Below the pieces are notes generated by a model. It did no database searches and had not been told where the DNA came from. It saw nothing but the letters and a program-made list of their open reading frames with translations. From a virus (lineage: Duplodnaviria > Heunggongvirae > Uroviricota > Caudoviricetes): a DNA stretch of 20,548 nt. The stretch lies in the IMG/VR virus record IMGVR_UViG_2872698443_000003; one strand, 5' to 3'. Shown here one piece after another: positions 7,575 through 15,930 of this stretch (the first letter of the stretch is position 1; each line of letters opens with the position of its first letter). The translations under genes and the position numbers were made by a program.

Positions 7575-7901
7575 TCAAATAAGTGGTTTGCTGCCTAATT
7601 TCATTTTCTGGCGACCAACACAAGTCACACCCATTTCACTGCGTGGCTTGCTGTACCATGTGCGCTGATTCTTGCGCTCAATACGTTGCAGGTTGCTTTC
7701 AATCTGTTCGTGGTATTCAGCCAGCACCGTAAGGTCTATCGGATTCAGTGCGCTTTCTACTCGTGATTTCGGTTTGCGATTCAGCGAGAGAATAGGGCGG
7801 TTAACTGGTTTTGCGCTTACCCCAACCAACAGGGGATTTGCTGCTTTCCATTGAGCCTGTTTCTCTGCGCGACGTTCGCGGCGGCGTGTTTGTGCATCCA
7901 T
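7575..7901 (-). CDS. N: Antitermination protein N (lambda-like), 108 aa from the internal ATG
   Basis: MDAQTRRRERRAEKQAQWKAANPLLVGVSAKPVNRPILSLNRKPKSRVESALNPIDLTVLAEYH... matches lambda N as recalled; the track ORF's 30 extra N-terminal codons are not part of N. Confidence 0.9.
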   Translation of the reverse strand: MDAQTRRRERRAEKQAQWKAANPLLVGVSAKPVNRPILSLNRKPKSRVESALNPIDLTVLAEYHEQIESNLQRIERKNQRTWYSKPRSEMGVTCVGRQKMKLGSKPLI

Positions 7902-8011
7902 CTGGATTCTCCTGTCAGTTAGCTTTGAGTAACGCGCCGTGATGCTTATCTCCACGGTTGCTGTCTTGCAGCTGCATTTCGCGCTACTCAAAGCCTTCTG
8001 CTTTGAATGCT

Positions 8012-8042
8012 GCCCTTCTTCAGGGCTTAATTTTTAAGAGCC
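8012..8042 (-). promoter_or_regulatory. nutL site: boxA (GCTCTTAAAAATTAA) and boxB hairpin (GCCCTGAAGAAGGGC)
   Basis: Minus-strand sequence GAGGCTCTTAAAAATTAAGCCCTGAAGAAGGGCAGC, near-identical to lambda nutL as recalled. Confidence 0.85.
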
Positions 8043-8082
8043 TCACCTTCAATGGTGGTTAGTGCGTCCTGCTGATGGCTAA

Positions 8083-8111
8083 ATAGTACGATTTGTACTT
8101 TATCGAGTCAA
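8083..8111 (-). promoter_or_regulatory. Candidate pL promoter (-35 TTGACT, 17-nt spacer, -10 TACTAT) with operator palindrome AGTAC-N5-GTACT at 8085-8099
   Basis: Read on the minus strand upstream of nutL; palindrome overlaps the spacer and -10. Confidence 0.5.
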
Positions 8112-8174
8112 TACAAAATGTTCTAAATATAATTGGTTTTTTATAACGCTTTGTATTTAATGGGTTTATATTTT

Positions 8175-8206
8175 GGAAAAAGAAAACCCGACACTAAGGT
8201 CGGGTT
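8175..8206 (-). terminator. Rho-independent terminator downstream of cI
   Basis: 8-bp stem AACCCGAC/GTCGGGTT with 6-nt loop, followed on the minus strand by TTCTTTTTCC. Confidence 0.6.
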
Positions 8207-8236
8207 ATTGTTGTGTGCTTTAGAGTGGTGAGGCTG

Positions 8237-8896
8237 TTAACTAAATGTCTCTTCAGGCCACTGGCTGGCGATAACTTTCCCTACAACGGAACAGCTATCA
8301 TTGCATGGGATCATTGGATATTGCGGGTTTAGTGGCTGTAGGAACACCTGACCGCTATCCCTGATCAGTTTCTTGAAGGTAAACTCGTCACCACCAAGTC
8401 TGGCTATGCAGAAATCACCTGGCTCAACAGCCTGCTCAGGGTCAACGAGAATTAACATCCCGTCAGGAAAGCTTGGCTTGGATCCTGTTGGCGCGGTCAT
8501 GGAATTACCTTCAACTTCAAGCCAGAACGCACAATCACTGGCTTTTTTGGTTGTGCTGACCCATCTCTCCGCATCACCTTTGGTAAAGGTTCTAAGCTCA
8601 GGCGAGAACATCCCGGCCTGAACATGAGAAAAAACAGGGTACTCATATTGTTTTTTAACGGGGGCAGATGAGTATTCGCCAACAGGTGAAAATGTACCGT
8701 CGTGGTTGAATGAGACGTTATCAATACCAAGGTATTTAAACACCACACCAATCTCGTCAAGAGATGGATGACGAGATCCGCGCAACCAGTGACCAATTCC
8801 ACCCTGCGTCATACCAAGCTCTTCAGCTAACTTCTCTTGAGTTATGCCGAGCTCTTTCATTCTGGATCTAGCCAGTTCATACCATTTCATTTTCAT
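8237..8896 (-). CDS. cI: CI-type prophage repressor: lambda-identical C-terminal dimerisation/autocleavage domain, divergent N-terminal HTH domain
   Basis: From ...[39 protein letters not shown] onward the protein matches lambda CI as recalled; N-terminus ([37 protein letters not shown]) does not. Start is ambiguous (ATG 8896, 8890 or 8932; possibly leaderless). Confidence 0.85.
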   Translation of the reverse strand: MKMKWYELARSRMKELGITQEKLAEELGMTQGGIGHWLRGSRHPSLDEIGVVFKYLGIDNVSFNHDGTFSPVGEYSSAPVKKQYEYPVFSHVQAGMFSPELRTFTKGDAERWVSTTKKASDCAFWLEVEGNSMTAPTGSKPSFPDGMLILVDPEQAVEPGDFCIARLGGDEFTFKKLIRDSGQVFLQPLNPQYPMIPCNDSCSVVGKVIASQWPEETFS

Positions 8897-8952
8897 ACCC
8901 TTATTATTACGCTCTGTACTAAAACCATCCATGCACAAGATGTATTTTTTGT

Positions 8953-8981
8953 TTGCATTCTAAAAGTACATATCGTATTAT
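8953..8981 (+). promoter_or_regulatory. Candidate pR promoter (-35 TTGCAT, 17-nt spacer, -10 TATTAT) with operator half-palindrome AGTAC-N5-GTATT at 8965-8979
   Basis: In the 70-110 bp cI-cro divergent region; motif related to the pL-side palindrome. Confidence 0.45.
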
Positions 8982-9007
8982 TGTTTCATGGTTACTATGG
9001 AGGGCAT

Positions 9008-9223
9008 ATGAGCAACCTACGAAAATATCGAGAGTCACTGAATATCTCTCAAACAACACTTGCTAAGGCAGTTGGATGCACACAGGGAGCTATCGGACAT
9101 TGGGAATCTGGTCGTCGCTTCCCAGACCTTAAAACATGCCGTGCTCTTGTTGAGTGCCTAAACAAGTTAGGCGCAAAAGTCAGTCTTGATGACGTGTTCC
9201 CGCCGGAACACAAAGCCGCTTAA
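9008..9223 (+). CDS. cro: Cro-like HTH (XRE-type) repressor, 71 aa
   Basis: ATG 9008 with GGAGGG upstream; HTH ISQTTLAKAVGCTQGAIGHWESG; position between the operators and nutR. Track ORF 8837.. has a spurious N-terminal extension. Confidence 0.75.
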   Translation: MSNLRKYRESLNISQTTLAKAVGCTQGAIGHWESGRRFPDLKTCRALVECLNKLGAKVSLDDVFPPEHKAA

Positions 9224-9231
9224 GACATTCC

Positions 9232-9263
9232 CGCTCTTACACATCCCAGCCCTGAAAAAGGGC
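9232..9263 (+). promoter_or_regulatory. nutR site: boxA CGCTCTTA and boxB GCCCTGAAAAAGGGC
   Basis: CGCTCTTACACATCCCAGCCCTGAAAAAGGGC, near-identical to lambda nutR as recalled. Confidence 0.85.
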
Positions 9264-9342
9264 ATCAAATTAAACCACACCTATGGTGTATGCATTTATT
9301 TGCATACCTTCAATCAATTGTTATCTAAGGAAATACTTACAT

Positions 9343-9636
9343 ATGGTTCGTGCAAACAAACGCAACGAGGCTCTAAGAATCGAGAGTGCGTTGCTTAACA
9401 AAATCGCAATGCTTGGAACTGAGAAGACAGCGGAAGCTGTGGGAGTTGATAAGTCGCAGATCAGCAGGTGGAAGAGGGATTGGATTCCAAAGTTCTCAAT
9501 GCTGCTTGCTGTTCTTGAATGGGGCGTCGTCGACGACGATATGGCTCGATTGGCACGACAAGTTGCTTCGATTCTCACCAATAAAAAACGCCCGGAGGCA
9601 ACCGAGCGTTCTGAACAAATCCAGATGGAATTCTGA
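9343..9636 (+). CDS. cII: Transcriptional activator CII (lambda-like), 97 aa
   Basis: [75 protein letters not shown]... matches lambda CII as recalled; ATG at 9343. Confidence 0.9.
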   Translation: MVRANKRNEALRIESALLNKIAMLGTEKTAEAVGVDKSQISRWKRDWIPKFSMLLAVLEWGVVDDDMARLARQVASILTNKKRPEATERSEQIQMEF

Positions 9637-9668
9637 GGTCATTACTGGATCAATCCACAGGAGTCATT

Positions 9669-9815
9669 ATGACAAAACAACTCAGTCCTTACCAGGACAA
9701 AATTCACAAACACATACTACGTGATCGCTTCCTGTCCAGCTTCAAGCAGCCTGGTCGATTCCGGGCTGAGTTGGAAAAAGTGAAGCTGATGCAGAAGGAG
9801 AAAGGTCATGAGTAA
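9669..9815 (+). CDS. Small hypothetical protein, 48 aa, between cII and the replication initiator
   Basis: Manual translation ([48 protein letters not shown]); AGGAG 6 nt upstream; overlaps the next start by 8 nt. Confidence 0.4.
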   Translation: MTKQLSPYQDKIHKHILRDRFLSSFKQPGRFRAELEKVKLMQKEKGHE

Positions 9816-10668
9816 TCTTGCAACCGTAACACATTTAAGGCCTTCACAACGGCCTGTGGAGCGTCGTGTGGCAGAAGTTGAAGATGGTTATACCCGTCTT
9901 GCAAATGCCCTGTATGAAGAGCTTATCGGCGCAGATTTAACGAAAAATCAGAGCAAGGTTGCCCACGCCATATGCCGTAAAACATACGGCTACGGTAAAA
10001 AGATGGATCGCATTTCTGATAGTCAGTTAGCTCAAATTACCAGGCTGCCAAGACAGAAGGTAAACAAGGCCAAGAATGAGCTTATCGCGATGAAGGTTAT
10101 CCTTCGCGAAGGCCAGCAAATCGGGCCTAACAAGAACATCGAAGAATGGCAAATCGAAGGGTGTCACTACTCTGGTGATAATGTCACTGCATTGGTGACA
10201 AAAAGTGTCACCAAAACGGTGACAGCGCTGTCACCAAAACAGGGACACACAAAAGAAACTATTACAAAAGAAAAAAGAAATAATAAAAACACTATGTCCG
10301 AAAGTGTTCGGACGGAGTGTGAAAAATCATCTGACCGTCACGAAGAAACCGACAAGGCATTCGAGGAAATATTCTGGTGTGCAGGCATGCGGAAAGCCGG
10401 GAAGAAAAACGCGGCTTCGGCATTCAGAACACAGTTCAGGGAATGGCGTAAAACTACCAGGGGTACGGCAAGCGAGTTTGCCACGATGCTGGCAGAAGAC
10501 ATCGCATGCAGGAATGGTAAGCAGTTCGGATTCGACAGGTTGTTACCATCGAGCTACCTGAACGGTCAACGCTGGAACGACGAGAAGCCAGAAACTATTC
10601 AACCACAATCCAAACCATCATCCGCAATCACCGTATCGAAAACTGGCTACGTGTTTTTCGACAGGTGA
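9808..10668 (+). CDS. Replication initiator / replisome organiser (O-like), 286 aa, with origin iterons inside the gene
   Basis: Track ORF at the O position after cII; internal GTGACA/TGTCACC iterons plus AT-rich tract. Confidence 0.6.
   Translation: MSNLATVTHLRPSQRPVERRVAEVEDGYTRLANALYEELIGADLTKNQSKVAHAICRKTYGYGKKMDRISDSQLAQITRLPRQKVNKAKNELIAMKVILREGQQIGPNKNIEEWQIEGCHYSGDNVTALVTKSVTKTVTALSPKQGHTKETITKEKRNNKNTMSESVRTECEKSSDRHEETDKAFEEIFWCAGMRKAGKKNAASAFRTQFREWRKTTRGTASEFATMLAEDIACRNGKQFGFDRLLPSSYLNGQRWNDEKPETIQPQSKPSSAITVSKTGYVFFDR
10160..10296 (+). repeat. Candidate replication origin: iterons (GGTGACA-N5-TGTCACC, GGTGACA-N4-TGTCACC plus half-sites) followed by an AT-rich tract at 10250-10296
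   Basis: Seen directly: ...GGTGACAAAAAGTGTCACCAAAACGGTGACAGCGCTGTCACCAAAACAGGGACACACAAAAGAAACTATTACAAAAGAAAAAAGAAATAATAAAAAC. Confidence 0.6.
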
Positions 10669-10671
10669 ACC

Positions 10672-10779
10672 ATGAAATCAAAAATCAAATCGCTACTGGT
10701 CGCTGGTTATAACCACGGCTGGTTAAGTATTTCGTTTGTCGATTTCTGGTTTAAAAATCTCAATCTGAGGGAATCATGA
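10672..10779 (+). CDS. Micro-ORF, 35 aa, hydrophobic (MKSKIKSLLVAGYNHGWLSISFVDFWFKNLNLRES)
   Basis: AGGTGA upstream; stop overlaps the primase-helicase start (ATGA at 10776-10779). Confidence 0.3.
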   Translation: MKSKIKSLLVAGYNHGWLSISFVDFWFKNLNLRES

Positions 10780-12656
10780 CGCCAAGTGAACTTAGCGACC
10801 TGCTTTGGGCGCAGGTTGACAGGGTGGCTCCGCACCTGTTGCCAAACGGCAAGAAAGAGGGGCATGAGTGGGTTGCCGGTAACGTCAACGGTGACAAGGG
10901 AAACAGCCTTAAGGTCAACCTTAGCGGCAAGAAAAAATGGGCTGATTTCGCTGAGGGAGACGGCGGTGACATGCTTGATTTGTGGATGGCATGTCGTGGA
11001 ATTAACCTGCATCAGGCTATGCAGGAAGCGAAAGCCTTTCTCGGAATCAAGGATGACGATCACCATTTCGATGCCAAACGTGAGAAGAAATTCTCCAGAC
11101 CTGACCGCAAGAAAATCGCCCGCTACGTTACCAGAACAGAATCCCATCTTGAGTACCTGCAATCGCGTGGCATATCGCCAGAAGTCGTAAAGCGCTACGA
11201 GGTTGTCAGCGGCAAGGTGTGGAAGGGAGAACGAGAACTTGATGCACTGGTGCTTCCGTACAAACGCGATGGTGAGTTGTTGCAGGTCAAGCGAATCAGC
11301 ACTGAGCGCCCGGACGGGAAGAAAGTCATTATGGCAGAAGGTGATTGCGAACCTTGTCTGTTCGGATGGCAGGCTCTGGACGCTGGCGTGAGGGCGGTTG
11401 TGCTTTGCGAAGGCGAAATTGATTGTATGAGCTATGCGCAATACGGCATCTCGGCGTTATCCGTGCCGTTTGGTGGAGGGAAAGGCGCTAAGCAACAGTG
11501 GATTGAGTTTGAGTACCACAACCTCGACAGGTTTGAGGAAATATTCATCTCGATGGACGTTGATGATGTTGGTCGTGAAGCCGCAAGGGAAATCGCAAGC
11601 CGACTCGGTGAACATCGTTGCCGTCTTGTTACTCTGCCGTACAAAGACATCAACGAATGCCTGATGAACGGTGTTACCGAGGATGAAATCTGGCAGTACA
11701 TCGGCACGGCATCCTACTTCGATCCTGAAGAACTCTACAGTGCGCGAGAGTTTTACCAGGACACTATCAACGCTTTCTACGGCAAGCAGCAGTATCTGTT
11801 TAATCCACCGTGGGAATCTCTGGCAGATAAATTCCAGTTCCGTGAGGCAGAGTTGACGCTGGTCAATGGTGTGAACGGTCACGGAAAAACGGAGGTTGTC
11901 GGGCATATGGCACTTGAGGCAATGCGTCAGGGTGTGAAGACGTGCATCGCGTCACTTGAGCTGAAGCCTGGTATTCTCCTTAAGCGCCTTACCCGTCAGG
12001 CGACGTGCTGCAAGATGCCGCCAGTGCTGGAAATTGACTCTGCATTTAAATTTTATGACGAAAGACTTTGGGTGTTTGGTCTGACCGGAACGGCGAAAGC
12101 CGACAGGCTGATCGAAATATTCGACTACGCTCGCCGCCGATACGGGATCCAGTTATTCATCATCGACAGCCTGATGAAATGTGGCATAGGCGACGATGAC
12201 TATAACGGGCAGAAGGCGTTTGTTGACTCGATTTGCGACTTCAAAAACAAAACAAACTCCCACGTCATTCTCGTTACTCACTCGCGAAAAGGAGACAGCG
12301 AAGAAAAACCAACCGGGAAAATGGACGTAAAAGGCTCTGGAGCGATAACAGACCTGACAGACAACCTTTTCATCATCTGGCGTAACAAGGCTCGCGAGAG
12401 AGCGTTACAGAGAGTTCAGAGTGGTGAAAAGATGTCAGAGAAGGACGAACAGCTACTGGCATCTCCGGCATCTGTTTTGATGCTTGAAAAACAACGTAAC
12501 GGCGAAGGTTGGGAAGGTGGTGTCCCGTTGTTCCTTGACGAGCAATCGCACCAGTTCCTGCAACTTGAATCAGGATCGCCATATAGCTACATCGCCAATA
12601 TGCCGAAATCGGAATATGACGAGGCGTGGCGACAGGAAAACGTGACGGAGTATTAA
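10776..12656 (+). CDS. Bifunctional primase-helicase (Toprim domain plus DnaB/RecA-like helicase core), 626 aa
   Basis: Toprim-like VVLCEGEIDCMS and ISMDVDD; Walker A NGVNGHGKT; Walker B-like LFIIDSL; occupies the lambda P position. Confidence 0.7.
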   Translation: MTPSELSDLLWAQVDRVAPHLLPNGKKEGHEWVAGNVNGDKGNSLKVNLSGKKKWADFAEGDGGDMLDLWMACRGINLHQAMQEAKAFLGIKDDDHHFDAKREKKFSRPDRKKIARYVTRTESHLEYLQSRGISPEVVKRYEVVSGKVWKGERELDALVLPYKRDGELLQVKRISTERPDGKKVIMAEGDCEPCLFGWQALDAGVRAVVLCEGEIDCMSYAQYGISALSVPFGGGKGAKQQWIEFEYHNLDRFEEIFISMDVDDVGREAAREIASRLGEHRCRLVTLPYKDINECLMNGVTEDEIWQYIGTASYFDPEELYSAREFYQDTINAFYGKQQYLFNPPWESLADKFQFREAELTLVNGVNGHGKTEVVGHMALEAMRQGVKTCIASLELKPGILLKRLTRQATCCKMPPVLEIDSAFKFYDERLWVFGLTGTAKADRLIEIFDYARRRYGIQLFIIDSLMKCGIGDDDYNGQKAFVDSICDFKNKTNSHVILVTHSRKGDSEEKPTGKMDVKGSGAITDLTDNLFIIWRNKARERALQRVQSGEKMSEKDEQLLASPASVLMLEKQRNGEGWEGGVPLFLDEQSHQFLQLESGSPYSYIANMPKSEYDEAWRQENVTEY

Positions 12657-12685
12657 ATGACCATCTACATCACTGAGCTAATAAC

Positions 12686-12717
12686 AGGCCTGCTGGTAAT
12701 CGCAGGCCTTTTTATTT
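12686..12717 (+). terminator. Rho-independent terminator after the primase-helicase
   Basis: Stem AGGCCTGC/GCAGGCCT with 8-nt loop, followed by TTTTTATTT. Confidence 0.6.
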
Positions 12718-12732
12718 GGGGGAGAGTAAATC

Positions 12733-12939
12733 GTGGCTGAGTTTATGCTCGTCGCATTCAAATGCGTTGGCGTTGGATGGATTCTTCTGACGTTTTTTAT
12801 TGTTCTGCATAGCTACATTCGTCTTGTGAATGACGGTAAAGACCCATGGTATACGTTGTTTGGCGCTGCATTTGTCTGGGTGATTATCGGTGTTATGCCT
12901 GTCGCTGTAGCAAAAATGGCGTGGCGTTTTGTGAGTTGA
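12733..12939 (+). CDS. Small membrane protein, 68 aa, two predicted transmembrane helices
   Basis: Track ORF, GTG start with GGGGGAGAG upstream; hydrophobic stretches LVAFKCVGVGWILLTFFIVL and FGAAFVWVIIGVMPVAVA. Confidence 0.5.
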   Translation: MAEFMLVAFKCVGVGWILLTFFIVLHSYIRLVNDGKDPWYTLFGAAFVWVIIGVMPVAVAKMAWRFVS

Positions 12940-12956
12940 ACTGAGGGTAAGTATCG

Positions 12957-13313
12957 ATGGACGAATCAAGAAAGCAGTTTGAGGAATACGTTGCCAAAAA
13001 ATTGAGATTACCATTCGAGATGATAACCGAGGCAAGAAATGGTGATAGGTACTTCGCATTTTCAAGCATGGATATTCGTCACTCCTTAAATGAGTGGTGG
13101 ACTTTATGGCAGGCATCGCGAGCAGCTATTGAACTGGATATCGACTGGCCAGAATCGAATGACGACTTTTGGAAAGATGGTGAAGAAGGTGCTTATGCGA
13201 TGGGTTATGAGGATGGGCGTGACAAAACGGTAATTGCAGTAATGAAAGCTATCAGAGCCGCTGGAATTAAAGAGAAGAATTTCGATGAAGCAAACAATAT
13301 TCCTCCGAACTAA
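12957..13313 (+). CDS. Hypothetical acidic protein, 118 aa, at the position lambda uses for ren
   Basis: Track ORF; GAGGGT upstream. Confidence 0.5.
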   Translation: MDESRKQFEEYVAKKLRLPFEMITEARNGDRYFAFSSMDIRHSLNEWWTLWQASRAAIELDIDWPESNDDFWKDGEEGAYAMGYEDGRDKTVIAVMKAIRAAGIKEKNFDEANNIPPN

Positions 13314-13695
13314 GCAACAACAGCAAGCCGCAATCAACGCCATCCTCGCAACACCACTCGATAAAGACAAGCCAGTCACCATCCGCATTACTGACTACAA
13401 GCGCAACCTTGACCAGAACGCAAAATTTCACGCGATGCTGGCGGATATCGCACGTCAGGTTCAATGGTGCGATAAGTGGTTAAAACCAGAACAATGGAAG
13501 GTTTTGTTGATTAGCGGTCATGCAGTGGCAACAAAGCAGGAAGCTGATGTTTTACCCGGCCTTGAAGGCGAATACGTCAACATTCGCGAAAGCAGCGCGC
13601 AGATGAGCGTGAAGCGTATGGCAAGTCTTATCGAGTACACAACAGCATGGGCTATTGGTCAGGGTGTCAGATTTACCGACAGGAGGTACGAATGA
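13285..13695 (+). CDS. ninB: NinB (Orf) recombination mediator, 136 aa
   Basis: Track ORF; similar in length and in the central ...LDQN... region to lambda NinB as recalled. Confidence 0.7.
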   Translation: MKQTIFLRTKQQQQAAINAILATPLDKDKPVTIRITDYKRNLDQNAKFHAMLADIARQVQWCDKWLKPEQWKVLLISGHAVATKQEADVLPGLEGEYVNIRESSAQMSVKRMASLIEYTTAWAIGQGVRFTDRRYE

Positions 13696-13868
13696 GGCGA
13701 CAGCGACGAAGTTTCACCGACATCATCTGCGAAAACTGCAAATACCTTCCAACGAAACGCTCCAGAAATAAACGCAAGCCAATCCCAAAAGAATCTGACG
13801 TAAAAACCTTCAATTACACAGCTCACCTGTGGGATATCCGGTGGCTAAGATATCGTGCGAGGAAATGA
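13692..13868 (+). CDS. ninE: NinE, 58 aa
   Basis: [58 protein letters not shown] matches lambda NinE as recalled; ATG 13692 with AGGAGG upstream; ATGA overlap with ninB. Confidence 0.85.
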   Translation: MRRQRRSFTDIICENCKYLPTKRSRNKRKPIPKESDVKTFNYTAHLWDIRWLRYRARK

Positions 13869-14212
13869 CAATGGATTATTCACAGTTAAGTGATTTTGAA
13901 ATTAACAGAATGGTAGGAGACATAATTTTTAAAGGCCTTTGGGCAAGTAAACCGGAAACATCAGGGAATAACACCAACAAATGGTATTACGGAAATGCTG
14001 ATACAACTTTTGAGCCATTAAATCATTTGCCTGACTACTGCAATGATCCGAGCGCTTCATGGCCGATTATTGAGAAATACAGGATTTCTATCTTAGACCA
14101 GTTAACTGAATGGTGTGTGGATGCAAAAGGCGTAAGCCCAATATTTGATACCAGACCTCTCCGCGCCGCCATGATTGTCTTTCTCATGATGCAGGACGCC
14201 AATAATGCTTAG
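13865..14212 (+). CDS. Hypothetical nin-region protein, 115 aa (possibly DUF2591/NinX-like)
   Basis: ATG 13865 overlaps the ninE stop (ATGA); track ORF 13829.. has a short upstream extension. Confidence 0.5.
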   Translation: MTMDYSQLSDFEINRMVGDIIFKGLWASKPETSGNNTNKWYYGNADTTFEPLNHLPDYCNDPSASWPIIEKYRISILDQLTEWCVDAKGVSPIFDTRPLRAAMIVFLMMQDANNA

Positions 14213-14381
14213 CCCATCCCAATCCCTTCAATACCAGAAAGAAAGCGTCGAGCGGGCTTTAACGTGCGCTAACTGCGGTCAGAAGCTGCATGTGCTGGAA
14301 GTTCATGTGTGTGAGCACTGCTGCGCAGAACTGATGAGCGATCCGAATAGCTCAATGTACGAGGAAGAAGACGATGAATGA
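14205..14381 (+). CDS. ninF: NinF, 58 aa, below the track cutoff
   Basis: Manual translation [58 protein letters not shown] matches lambda NinF as recalled. Confidence 0.8.
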   Translation: MLSPSQSLQYQKESVERALTCANCGQKLHVLEVHVCEHCCAELMSDPNSSMYEEEDDE

Positions 14382-15096
14382 GTTAATAAATGGCAATGCC
14401 ATCAAAATGACAAGCATTGAAATCGCTGAGTTGGTGGGTAAGCGTCATGACAATGTGAAACGTACCATCGAAACGCTGGCTAAAAATGGTGTTATCCGGC
14501 TTCCTCAAATTGAGGTTTCCGAAAGAATCAATAACTTAGGGTTCAATGTTCAGTACGAGCATTACGTCTTCGAGGGCGAACAAGGTAAGCGAGACAGTAT
14601 TGTCGTTGTTGCCCAGTTGTCGCCAGAGTTCACCGCTCGCCTTGTTGACCGTTGGCGAGAGCTTGAAGAAGCTGCGGTTAATATCCCCAAAACGCTACCG
14701 GAAGCGTTGCGCCTTGCTGCTGATCTTGCTGAGCAGAAAATGCAGCTGGAAAACCAGCTCGCAATTGCCGCACCTAAAGTTGAGTTTGCCGATCGCGTTG
14801 GCGAGGCCAGCGGAATTTTGATTGGAAACTTTGCAAAGGTTGTTGGAATTGGTCCAAACAAACTGTTTGCGTGGATGCGCGATCACAAAATCCTTATTGC
14901 TTCAGGTTCCCGGCGCAATGTGCCAATGCAGGAATATATGGATCGCGGCTATTTCGCAGTGAAAGAAACAGCGGTCAACACAAATCACGGAATACAGATA
15001 TCGTTCACCACAAAAATCACCGGGCGTGGTCAACAGTGGCTGACCAGAAAGCTGCTCGATAACGGAATGCTGAAAGTAACCGGGGAGGCTGCTTAA
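14374..15096 (+). CDS. Rha-family phage regulatory protein / antirepressor (Rha-like N-terminus, KilAC/Ant-like C-terminus), 240 aa
   Basis: Track ORF; N-terminal [30 protein letters not shown] is typical of Rha proteins; family assignment from recalled features. Confidence 0.6.
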   Translation: MNELINGNAIKMTSIEIAELVGKRHDNVKRTIETLAKNGVIRLPQIEVSERINNLGFNVQYEHYVFEGEQGKRDSIVVVAQLSPEFTARLVDRWRELEEAAVNIPKTLPEALRLAADLAEQKMQLENQLAIAAPKVEFADRVGEASGILIGNFAKVVGIGPNKLFAWMRDHKILIASGSRRNVPMQEYMDRGYFAVKETAVNTNHGIQISFTTKITGRGQQWLTRKLLDNGMLKVTGEAA

Positions 15097-15386
15097 TGGC
15101 TAACCTACGCAAAGAAGCGCGCAACAGAGAATGCCAGGTACGTATTTACGGCGTATGCAATGGCAACCCTGAAACTACAGTTCTGGCACATTACCGGATG
15201 GCTGGAATTTGCGGAACGGGAATGAAACCTGACGACCTGATCGGCGCATGGGCTTGTAGCGCGTGTCACGATGAAATCGACCGACGTACCCATAATATCG
15301 ACAACAAAGACGCCAGACTTTACCACCTCGAAGGCGTGATCAGGACGCAGGCGATACTGCTGAAGGAGGGGAAGATTAAGTCATGA
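15096..15386 (+). CDS. YbcO-like (DUF1364) protein, putative nuclease, 96 aa
   Basis: Resembles DLP12 YbcO as recalled (CQVRI.GVCNGNPET.VLAH.R..G.CGTG.KP.DL...ACSACHDEIDRRTH). Confidence 0.7.
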   Translation: MANLRKEARNRECQVRIYGVCNGNPETTVLAHYRMAGICGTGMKPDDLIGAWACSACHDEIDRRTHNIDNKDARLYHLEGVIRTQAILLKEGKIKS

Positions 15387-15745
15387 ACGAATATCAGTTT
15401 GTGCTTCCATACCCGCCGTCGGTGAACACCTACTGGCGAAGACGGGGAAGCCAATACTACATCAGCGATAAAGGCCAGAAATACCGAAAAGACGTTCAGA
15501 AAATCATCCGCCAACTCAAGTTAGACATTTTCACCAAATCACGACTCCGCATCAAAGTAATCGCAGACGTTCCAGACTCCCGCCGCCGCGACCTCGATAA
15601 CATCCTGAAAGGTTTACTCGACTCACTTATCCACGCCGGATTTGCGGAAGACGACGAGCAATTCGATGACATTCGCGTAATTCGTGGCGTGAAAGTACCA
15701 GGCGGAAGGCTTGGAATAAAAATCACCGAACTGGAGAACGCATGA
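15383..15745 (+). CDS. rusA: RusA-type Holliday-junction resolvase, 120 aa
   Basis: Length and motifs (LPYPPSVN.YWR, DRRRRDLDN) match RusA as recalled. Confidence 0.8.
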   Translation: MNEYQFVLPYPPSVNTYWRRRGSQYYISDKGQKYRKDVQKIIRQLKLDIFTKSRLRIKVIADVPDSRRRDLDNILKGLLDSLIHAGFAEDDEQFDDIRVIRGVKVPGGRLGIKITELENA

Positions 15746-15930
15746 ACGCCACAATTCAAACGATACCAGAGCTTCTTATCCAGACACGAGGCAATCAGAC
15801 CGAAGTGGCGAGGATGCTTTCCTGCGCAAGAGGAACAGTGCTCAAGTACAACCGAGACAGCAAAGGTGAGCGTCACGTAATAGTTAACGGCGTCCTGATG
15901 GTCAAACAGGGCAAGAGGGGAAGACCATGA
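15742..15930 (+). CDS. ninH: NinH, 62 aa
   Basis: TIPELLIQTRGNQTEVARMLSCARGTVLKYNRDSKGERHVIVNGVLMV resembles lambda NinH as recalled. Confidence 0.75.
   Translation: MNATIQTIPELLIQTRGNQTEVARMLSCARGTVLKYNRDSKGERHVIVNGVLMVKQGKRGRP

Noticed and set aside
7192-7854. Plus-strand ORFs 7192..7473 and 7672..7854
   Set aside because: Antisense to the 98-aa gene and to N respectively.
8373-8802. ORFs 8373..8621 (+) and 8497..8802 (-) within cI
   Set aside because: Alternative frames of the recognised repressor gene.
9186-9724. ORFs 9186..9398, 9321..9581 and 9386..9724 overlapping nutR and cII
   Set aside because: Conflict with the recognised nutR site and cII reading frame.
10304-11906. Alternative-frame and antisense ORFs across the O-like and primase-helicase genes, including the 244-aa minus ORF 10707..11441
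   Set aside because: Overlap long genes that carry clear catalytic motifs; the 244-aa antisense ORF has no ribosome-binding site or family resemblance.
12657-12740. 27-aa hydrophobic ORF immediately after the primase-helicase stop
   Set aside because: Its coding sequence is mostly the terminator hairpin; kept only as a note in the findings.
12373-13116. Minus-strand ORFs 12373..12582 and 12712..13116
   Set aside because: Antisense to the primase-helicase 3' end and to the rightward ren-position genes.
13104-13464. Minus-strand ORFs 13104..13388 and 13267..13464
   Set aside because: Antisense to ninB and its upstream gene.
14546-15876. Alternative-frame ORFs across the Rha-like, ybcO-like, rusA and ninH genes
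   Set aside because: Embedded in recognised genes.
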